From an uncultured virus (IMG/VR IMGVR_UViG_3300031722_000022) (Duplodnaviria; Heunggongvirae; Uroviricota; Caudoviricetes): a stretch of 64,000 nt of DNA. This document shows, in pieces, positions 56,788 through 64,000 of this stretch; position 1 is the first letter of the stretch, and each line of letters opens with the position of its first letter. The position numbers were made by a program, and so were the translations under genes. The notes beneath the pieces are model-generated. The model was not told the DNA's origin. It saw nothing but the letters and a program-made list of their open reading frames with translations, and did not search any database. The stretch lies in the IMG/VR virus record IMGVR_UViG_3300031722_000022; one strand, 5' to 3'.

Positions 56788-57720
56788 TCAAAATGGAATA
56801 TCATCAAAGTCATCATCGTCTACAGGCGGCTCAGGAACCTTCTTGGTAGTCTTTTTCGCTGCTTCCTTAGCTGCTTGCTTAGGGGGAACCTGCGGTTCTC
56901 CCTTCTTAGCCTCACCTTGCCCCTCAGAAGCCCCTTGCTGACCATTCTGTTGCTTCTCAAACTCCTTGATTGCTGCTTCCATAGAACTGCCAGCATAATT
57001 CTTAGCCAACTTAATCTTAGCAATAAGATTCTTACGCAAGAATTTAATCTGACTTGCTTCAGCATCATCAAAGCTAATAATCATTGCAGGAGTAGCCAGT
57101 GGCTTAATCTTCATTGGAGCCTCATTGCCATCGTCGTCCTCTACCATAGGAACCTCCGAGGCTCCACGATAATTTACATTGGTGTAGACAACAGGATTAC
57201 CGTCGTCATCCTTCTTGTCTTTGCTTTCAGTCTTCTTAACTTCAACTTGCGCCATCAGAGCCTCGTTCAAGAATTCCTCAATGTCCATACTCTCAATTAC
57301 TTCCGGCTTCTGAATAGCCTTAGCAATCTTTGTGAGAAGATTCTGTGGATGAAAGCCCCAAGCCTTGCCTTGAATCTGATTACCATCAGCATCACGAGGG
57401 GGAACAGCCGTAAAGTTCACACCTTGAGTCTCCCCTTGGAAAGTCTTGTTAAGGCAAAGACGATAGGGCATCTTGCCAATTGCATCACCATAATCAACTA
57501 CGTCGTTAACAAGATCAGCAAAGACAACAACTTGTTGAACAGGCTTTTGTGGTTTTACCTCACCAGTTTTTTGATCCTCAAAGTCTTCACGCTCTTGGAT
57601 ACCCAAGTCTACTATGAGCGAAATTCTCGCAGGACGACTACCAGCCTTCGGTGTAGGATAATTATGCTTCTCAAATGTAGTAGTGATGCTGTGATTTTGT
57701 TGCTTAGGAACAAATGCCAT
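56788..57720 (-). CDS. putative single-stranded DNA-binding/recombination protein
   Basis: ARISLIVDLG N-terminus; acidic tail DDDDFDDIPF. Confidence 0.75.
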   Translation of the reverse strand: MAFVPKQQNHSITTTFEKHNYPTPKAGSRPARISLIVDLGIQEREDFEDQKTGEVKPQKPVQQVVVFADLVNDVVDYGDAIGKMPYRLCLNKTFQGETQGVNFTAVPPRDADGNQIQGKAWGFHPQNLLTKIAKAIQKPEVIESMDIEEFLNEALMAQVEVKKTESKDKKDDDGNPVVYTNVNYRGASEVPMVEDDDGNEAPMKIKPLATPAMIISFDDAEASQIKFLRKNLIAKIKLAKNYAGSSMEAAIKEFEKQQNGQQGASEGQGEAKKGEPQVPPKQAAKEAAKKTTKKVPEPPVDDDDFDDIPF

Positions 57721-57747
57721 AGTTAGTTCTCCTTTGTTGTTAATAAA

Positions 57748-58014
57748 TTATTTATTGCAAAATGTTACAGCCTTGTTGTAAGGCTTCCAATATTCTTCGT
57801 CCTCAAATGAAATCCAATCGTCGTCAATTCTACCAACCAATGATTCATCAAATGTGTTAACCAACGGGATGCCAGAATATTCACTCAATGCCAAAATAAT
57901 ACAAATGTGCTCATTGTAGCGAGGATCAGGATCAATACTTTTCATCAAACAAGGATAGTCAATGATATATTCCTCTTGTTTATCTTCGTCTTCACTAATA
58001 ATCTTCAGTGCCAT
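57748..58014 (-). CDS. acidic hypothetical protein
   Basis: GAGGAG RBS. Confidence 0.6.
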   Translation of the reverse strand: MALKIISEDEDKQEEYIIDYPCLMKSIDPDPRYNEHICIILALSEYSGIPLVNTFDESLVGRIDDDWISFEDEEYWKPYNKAVTFCNK

Positions 58015-58088
58015 AGTTATCTCCTCTAGTAATGAACATAACACCTTGTTCGTAGAACAAGGGCTTCTTCACTTGAAGAAGCATTATC

Positions 58089-58790
58089 TCATACTTCAAC
58101 ACTCTTGTCAAGCATTTCTTTAGCAATCTTTGTTGTACCGTTGGGTCTGTCGCCGTATAACTGCTCCGAGCGATTGTCGTAGGCTGTGGCTGCATCAAGC
58201 TCATTCAGAAAATAGCCAAGATTTTCCCTTGTCTTATTGTAAGTGATTTGTGCACCATACTTACCAAAATCTTTATAATAATAAAATACCATGTGCTTTG
58301 AAGAGCAGCCACCACGCTTTCTCTTATTATGCATCTGTATATCCCACTCTACCCAACGACAATTTTCTTTGCAATAATTTCCGTTAGTGTCGATACGATC
58401 TAGCGAAAGCCCTTCACGATATGTATCTCCCATGTCTGTCCAAAAGTTTTTAAAAGAATCTTCCCACTCCCGACACATAGTAATGCCTCTTCCACCATAG
58501 TCTTTCCATGCAGGATTATCTTTGTTATACACTCGACCTCTAATATTTGCCCACGCATTATAAGCACTGTGCTTGTACATTCCATGCTTTGTCCTACTCG
58601 GCATGCCTCTATTTAAACACCCACAGGACTTACAACTTCCTGCTAATAGACAGTACATGTCGACAATGTGTATATTACCACATTCACACTTGCATATCCA
58701 CAAAGGTTTATTGCGCCTATTTCTTCCCACATATTCTAAAGCAACCAACCTACCAAACACATCTCCGGTAATGTCCTTTATTTCTCGCAT
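58089..58790 (-). CDS. HNH/AP2 homing endonuclease
   Basis: FGRLV...CKCECG...YGGRGI...LDRIDTNGNY...LGYFLNELDAATAYD. Confidence 0.85.
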   Translation of the reverse strand: MREIKDITGDVFGRLVALEYVGRNRRNKPLWICKCECGNIHIVDMYCLLAGSCKSCGCLNRGMPSRTKHGMYKHSAYNAWANIRGRVYNKDNPAWKDYGGRGITMCREWEDSFKNFWTDMGDTYREGLSLDRIDTNGNYCKENCRWVEWDIQMHNKRKRGGCSSKHMVFYYYKDFGKYGAQITYNKTRENLGYFLNELDAATAYDNRSEQLYGDRPNGTTKIAKEMLDKSVEV

Positions 58791-59470
58791 AACTCAACAG
58801 TCTCCTTTTTATTTTCATTAATGGTGCTTTTACTGTATCTTCTCTTCCCTTGTTTACCAATAGAAGAATTTATAATATCGGAATATAATTCAAGTATGCT
58901 CTGATCTACCGCTACATCATTATATAATTGGATTTTTTCTTGTTCTTGCAAAATACCCCACATACTCTTCCGCAAAGATTGTGAATCATAATGTGAATAT
59001 CCTTTTGCGTATAACCAATCTATGATTCTGTTTACCCTCCATGAGACAAAGATATTAAAATCCTCATATCCTAATATGAAACATCTTGGTAAAGTTTTAT
59101 CATAAAAAGATTTGAAATTAAACGGCAGTTTAACATAAACATTAACATAATCAAGTCTCTGAGATGTATCATACCAAGCATGAACTAATGCTTCTGTACA
59201 TGCTAATACAAGTTTCTCATAGTCATTCTTAGTTGCTACTCTCATTTGGCTAGTTTTCCATTTAGGCATCTTCCCCACAGGACGCCTCATTTTGGCTAGT
59301 TCACATTGTTCTGTTACGGATAGGCCCAAGTATACGCTCCCTTCGGGATGGAGAAAATATGGGCCTTTGTCAACGAGAGTAGCATTAACAATTTGTTGTG
59401 TCCAATTTCCATCTGGTAACTTGTAAGGGAAGCCCTCTGGCGTAGGAATTTTAATTTCGGAGTGTTTCAT
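58778..59470 (-). CDS. hypothetical protein
   Basis: 230 aa, start overlaps polymerase stop. Confidence 0.6.
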   Translation of the reverse strand: MKHSEIKIPTPEGFPYKLPDGNWTQQIVNATLVDKGPYFLHPEGSVYLGLSVTEQCELAKMRRPVGKMPKWKTSQMRVATKNDYEKLVLACTEALVHAWYDTSQRLDYVNVYVKLPFNFKSFYDKTLPRCFILGYEDFNIFVSWRVNRIIDWLYAKGYSHYDSQSLRKSMWGILQEQEKIQLYNDVAVDQSILELYSDIINSSIGKQGKRRYSKSTINENKKETVELCEK

Positions 59471-61575
59471 TAGTGCACAGCCTTCCAAGAATTTCCTACT
59501 TTTCCTTCTCCTGCCAGAGCAACCTTCATCTTAAAATACTCCCCTGCCTCCTTAATGCTTAGTTCTGCCATGACCTTAACCTCCTCTGCAATTTCTGCAT
59601 CACATTCAAAGGAATATTCGTCGTGATAATAAATCACTCGCTTAACTTCTTTTCCTTTATGCAGATAATATGGCCTTCCAAGATCGTCGATATACATTGT
59701 GCCCAACTTTGCATCCATGATACAACAAGCCAAGTCCATAACAATTGCACCAAGACTCTGAAGGATATTATTCAGCAAAGAATGCTTAGAGCGTGTTCTA
59801 ATAAGCCTGCCATCAACTGCTGGCACCCATGTTTTCTTTCCTGCTGTTTCCCAATACTTGCCAATGTTTTCTACAAGCTGCTTTAGCGCAGGGTTTGCAT
59901 CCCAAAAAGCTTTGTGTAGGCGCTTCCCTTCCTTCTCTGGCTTTCCTAGGGTCTTAGCCAACTTAGACGGTGCGCAACCATAGATAACCGCATAGCCTCC
60001 AGTCTTTCCTTTCCCACGGAACGGCTTAAACTTCCTGTCTTCCTTATCAAAATGTTCTGGTGTAAATCCGAGTCTCAACAATTCTGAAGGAAACCATGCA
60101 AAAGCTACCTTGGAGTGCACGTCACCATGCAGCAATTCTTCCGCATACGCCCCATTGTCATACTTGAAAGTCATGTGTCCAGCGCAGCGTTGCTCCAGGC
60201 CAGATGCATCTGCTGCTGCAATCAACTTTCCTTCTTCAGAACAGAACAAATCCCTGAACTCGTCTCCATAAATACTTTGTCCTCCGGCGCGTGGGACATT
60301 ACACACAACTGCGTGGCATTGTCGATGAGAGTTTGCAATCTTAGAGGATGCTGTTGGAAGCCTTCCATCAAAAGCAAGTCTAGGGTTTGATAACCAGCCT
60401 TGCAGTACGCTCCGTCTATTCCTCAGCGAAAGAAACTTGACAACTTCCTTTACTGTATCTCCCTCAAGTTCAAGTAGGTTAGGACAAATTACACCTTGTT
60501 CTTGCAACTTAGGTGAAGTCTCAATGTAGTTTCCACGATCATCTCTAAGAGGCTTCCCATCTGGCCCTCGTTGGTAATTCCAAAATGTAGGAACCCACCC
60601 TTGTTCCATTAGCCATTCTTTGAACTGCTTCTGGTCGCCAATAACCATTGGGAGCTTAATGTCCAAGATCGTCTTACTAACAACTGGATAGTCTTTCCCA
60701 TAAAACTCAACGATGTTTCCTTCTTTAACTACTCCGCTGTGCTTTGTAATGAAGTTTTCCATGTGGCTACTAAAAGACCCGTCCAACTTATAAGGTTTCG
60801 CCGGCATTGTATAGTTTGCTTGCTCAGTCTTCTTTAATGAACGAGGAGGAAGTTTTGGAAGAACCTCTACTTCTAGTGCTGCCATATCAGTTTCAAGATT
60901 TTGCATCACTTCTTCAGCAAGCGGTCGATTAAAACCATGCCCTGTGTGTTCTTGGGCCTTCATAAGAAACTGTGACTTTGTTCCCATCTTCAAGCAAGGA
61001 GGTTTAACTTCCCCGTACAGTTCCTTCAACTCGCTCATTTGCTTTAGCATAAGGATACGAGTAGCTTCAACGTCAGCATCGCAATACTCGTCCATTAGTG
61101 GATTGTAGAATCCGAACTCGAAGCCCTTACACTCGTCCCCTGTCATTACACCAGCATTAATCAAACTCTGTCGATAATCAATCTTCTCTGCGCTTGACCC
61201 TCGTGACAAGGCAGCAAGAGAGAACTCAGGGAGATTAGGATTAAGGAATTGTGCAACATAGAACGAGTCGAAGAAGGATACCAACTTGCTTCCAAAGTAG
61301 TCCTTCCCCTTCTTGCCAACAGTCGGCTTAATTCCAAGCAATTTCCACAGCACAAAGTGATCGTAGGAGAGGCCGTTAAAGGAGCCACACAAAGCCCCAT
61401 CAGGGAAACTGTCAGCCCAGTCAATAATCTTCTGTTGTGAGGCGTCTACGCCCTCTCTGAAAGGGTATACGGACATAGCGCGTGTGCCATCAAGTGACTT
61501 GAAATTCCCGTACCAAATATCAGTGCAGCCTAGATAGAGGTCATTTCCCTCAAGGTCGAATACCCATCCTTCCAT
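59470..61575 (-). CDS. DNA polymerase, family A (T7-like)
   Basis: ExoI FDLE; motif A DASGLE; motif B RGKGKTGGYAVIYG (Tyr at T7 Y526 position); motif C YHDE. Confidence 0.95.
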   Translation of the reverse strand: MEGWVFDLEGNDLYLGCTDIWYGNFKSLDGTRAMSVYPFREGVDASQQKIIDWADSFPDGALCGSFNGLSYDHFVLWKLLGIKPTVGKKGKDYFGSKLVSFFDSFYVAQFLNPNLPEFSLAALSRGSSAEKIDYRQSLINAGVMTGDECKGFEFGFYNPLMDEYCDADVEATRILMLKQMSELKELYGEVKPPCLKMGTKSQFLMKAQEHTGHGFNRPLAEEVMQNLETDMAALEVEVLPKLPPRSLKKTEQANYTMPAKPYKLDGSFSSHMENFITKHSGVVKEGNIVEFYGKDYPVVSKTILDIKLPMVIGDQKQFKEWLMEQGWVPTFWNYQRGPDGKPLRDDRGNYIETSPKLQEQGVICPNLLELEGDTVKEVVKFLSLRNRRSVLQGWLSNPRLAFDGRLPTASSKIANSHRQCHAVVCNVPRAGGQSIYGDEFRDLFCSEEGKLIAAADASGLEQRCAGHMTFKYDNGAYAEELLHGDVHSKVAFAWFPSELLRLGFTPEHFDKEDRKFKPFRGKGKTGGYAVIYGCAPSKLAKTLGKPEKEGKRLHKAFWDANPALKQLVENIGKYWETAGKKTWVPAVDGRLIRTRSKHSLLNNILQSLGAIVMDLACCIMDAKLGTMYIDDLGRPYYLHKGKEVKRVIYYHDEYSFECDAEIAEEVKVMAELSIKEAGEYFKMKVALAGEGKVGNSWKAVH

Positions 61576-61576
61576 T

Positions 61577-62245
61577 TTAGATTCCTCCTCCTGTTGCTAG
61601 TCTAGTTTCCTCAATCTTCTCTTTATAGTATTCTTGCTCTGCTTCTTTTCTTGCTAATACATCCTCATCAAAGTCAAAGAAGGTTTCTCTAAGGACAGTC
61701 TCTCCTTCTTTGTGGAGAGTAGCGACCCATTTACCTTTATATTTATCAAAAGATACACCTGTTACACCTGATTTGTTATTTTTAAACAACTCTCTATTAA
61801 ATGCCTGATTACTTGGTGTGTCCCATTTGCAGTTCTCTGGTGAGTAGTTTCCGTTTGTGTCTTTACGCTCAAGTGTTCTTCCTTCTGGCCTCTCTCCCAT
61901 GTCGTCTAAAAAGTTAAAGAATCCAGTTGGAGACAATTCCCACTTCTCACAGACAACAATTCCTTTTCTAAGGTAATCCCCGCGCTTATCTTCTCCATCA
62001 CACCGCTGATGCATTGATCTGAAAGACGACCACGTAGGGGTCTGTGACCAACCATCAAGAACATCACATTCTTTTCTATAACAACCACATGACAGCACAT
62101 TACCGACTTTTAAGTGAAAGGTATTTTGATACGTAGTGTTTCCACAATCGCAAATGCATTCCCATCCTTGCTTATCTTTACGCCAGCCTACAACAACCAA
62201 TCGTCCATACCTCTCACCAACAAAAACAGTTTGCGGCAATGCCAT
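61577..62245 (-). CDS. HNH/AP2 homing endonuclease
   Basis: YGRLV...CICDCG...LERKDTNGNYSPENCKW...NKSGVTGV. Confidence 0.85.
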   Translation of the reverse strand: MALPQTVFVGERYGRLVVVGWRKDKQGWECICDCGNTTYQNTFHLKVGNVLSCGCYRKECDVLDGWSQTPTWSSFRSMHQRCDGEDKRGDYLRKGIVVCEKWELSPTGFFNFLDDMGERPEGRTLERKDTNGNYSPENCKWDTPSNQAFNRELFKNNKSGVTGVSFDKYKGKWVATLHKEGETVLRETFFDFDEDVLARKEAEQEYYKEKIEETRLATGGGI

Positions 62246-62260
62246 AACACCTCCTAATAA

Positions 62261-62797
62261 TTAACCAAACATCAACGTCTTAACCAAAGACTCACCATAC
62301 TCAGGCTTAACCCCATATCCAACAAGTTCTTTAGTATGCTCTCGAATAGTCTTCTTAGAGGGCTTCCTATAGTTTGCCATAGCACGAATCATTAAGCAAC
62401 CTGCTTCTATATAGTCTGCGAAGTTCTCACAATACCAAGCAGCAAATTCTTCTGCATGTGTGTAGCCCTGCTTCTCTTCAAACTCTTTTGTCTCTCGACT
62501 ATAATCGTCTAGTGACCACTTATGAAGAGGAAGGAATGTATATCTACGATACTGAGGATCAATGTATTCAAGTGTGTCTTTATCTTGCAACAGGAAATGA
62601 TAACAGAATACACTTGAACTGTCAAATGATCTTCCTCCAATAGATAGAACAATGTCCATTTGCTTATTCAGAGCAGCGTAATGTTTCTCAAACATGAATA
62701 CATTATTAAAGCAAGCACCAGCTACACCATCTGGACACTTTGGACACTCGCCAAAATGCTTCATATCATAGTGATATGTATCAGCTTGAAAAATCAT
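62261..62797 (-). CDS. hypothetical protein
   Basis: GGAGG RBS, 178 aa. Confidence 0.65.
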   Translation of the reverse strand: MIFQADTYHYDMKHFGECPKCPDGVAGACFNNVFMFEKHYAALNKQMDIVLSIGGRSFDSSSVFCYHFLLQDKDTLEYIDPQYRRYTFLPLHKWSLDDYSRETKEFEEKQGYTHAEEFAAWYCENFADYIEAGCLMIRAMANYRKPSKKTIREHTKELVGYGVKPEYGESLVKTLMFG

Positions 62798-63256
62798 ACA
62801 ATTCCTCCTTCAAATATTTCTTACATTGAACATCAGCCTTAGCCCTGCAAACATGCTTGCCATGTTTATCCTCATGTTGAACATTACGAGATTGCCTAAG
62901 CATGTCATTCAACAATTTATGTCGTGGAGTCTTTGTACGTTGCATGTTAATAATCCTTAATTAATATTACCACAACAATCACAATAATCCATGATAATGG
63001 GCTCAACATATGTTTGCTCTGCTACAAGCATTTCTTCACAATGTTCACAAATTTCATAGCCATTATTATCAAGGCTTCCACACACTGCACAGAATAGGCA
63101 CATTGTTGTGTCTTCCATTACGAGCATCCCGTGGAGGCGAGTATCTTAAGCAAGTAGCCAACAATTACACCTGCCCAAAATCCATATACAAGGCTAATTG
63201 TCCACGTAGGAACAGGGCTACGTTGTGGAATAATGTGATATGTTCCAATAGGCTGA

Positions 63257-63727
63257 TTAGTTTTCATTGATAGGCTCCAAGTCTTCTGCTGAATGAAAAT
63301 CACAATCAAGGTTAATATTGGACATCATAGTTGTTGAACTATCATTAACTGGATTGTCTACACGAAACACTTTAGTTCCTTCAGTACATCCCCACTTAGA
63401 CATAAAATATGTCTTCTTAGGAATAAGCCTAGCATCCTCTTTGGCAATGTCTAATTGTTCCTGTGTTCCATTCTGCCATTTCTTTTGCTTAGGCTTCTTA
63501 TCTTTATTTGCTGGAAGAAGCATGCTCAATGGGTACCATCCACAATATCTACCGGTTGCTTCAACATTTAGTGGGATCATAAATATTGTATATGGGTCGT
63601 CTAGGGCATGTACTTGTCGGATAACCTCCTCGCCATCATACATAAACACAGTGTCAAATGGCAACAATGTTGCATCATTCTTTGCTGCATCCAAGTCTGC
63701 TTGTGTGCCTTTTGCATATTTAGCCAT
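63257..63727 (-). CDS. hypothetical protein with internal duplication
   Basis: KYAKGTQADLDAAKNDATLLP vs KWQNGTQEQLDIAKEDARLIP. Confidence 0.65.
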   Translation of the reverse strand: MAKYAKGTQADLDAAKNDATLLPFDTVFMYDGEEVIRQVHALDDPYTIFMIPLNVEATGRYCGWYPLSMLLPANKDKKPKQKKWQNGTQEQLDIAKEDARLIPKKTYFMSKWGCTEGTKVFRVDNPVNDSSTTMMSNINLDCDFHSAEDLEPINEN

Positions 63728-64000
63728 GTTAGTTCTCCTTTACTGATTGTGTGCACCAATTATAGCAACTATTAGCATCATAATGTCAAGTAAAACAAAT
63801 GCAATAATAGCTGGCCTATGAAATGGATGAATCCTGCTCCATAACACCTTTAACTTTGACATTTACAAACCTCTCCATTGCACCAAATTAACAAGGCACT
63901 CTTGTTATGGAGTGCTCTTACAAGAGACTGATAGCTAAACTTAGTTTCCATTCTGCTCTCCTCAGTTATTAACACAATGAAAGCATTCTATCAGGAAGAA

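Noticed and set aside
56875..57726. 283-aa + strand ORF and similar long antisense ORFs (e.g. 40244..41047, 39001..39516)
   Set aside because: Shadow ORFs opposite well-supported genes, with no RBS or protein motifs.

Overview
About 64 kb of an apparently virulent siphovirus-type phage of a Gram-negative host (holin, SAR-type lysozyme, Rz/Rz1 spanins; no integrase or repressor seen in this window). Layout: ~0.8-6.6 kb is a probable early/terminal block with small acidic ORFs. 6.6-19.6 kb (- strand) holds accessory genes: C5 DNA methyltransferase, ClpP-like protease, PhoH, tRNAs, RtcB, deaminase, NADAR and an HTH replication-initiator-like protein. 20.3-49.9 kb (+ strand) holds putative appendage, lysis, terminase, head and tail genes, including a -1 frameshifted tail chaperone. 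49.9-64 kb (- strand) holds replication genes: family A polymerase, SSB and exonucleases. Ten free-standing homing-endonuclease-like genes are interspersed. The most unusual content is non-coding: (i) a DnaA-box cluster, two sigma54 boxes, OmpR-like tandem repeats and a dif-like XerCD site in the early block; (ii) three related arrays of covarying 3-nt-loop mini-hairpins; (iii) a ~670-nt highly structured ncRNA candidate behind a consensus sigma70 promoter, followed by a tRNA-like element; (iv) three-way-junction RNA leaders on two endonuclease genes; (v) atypical tRNAs and two in-frame TAG codons. All calls come from reading the sequence by eye; no searches were run.
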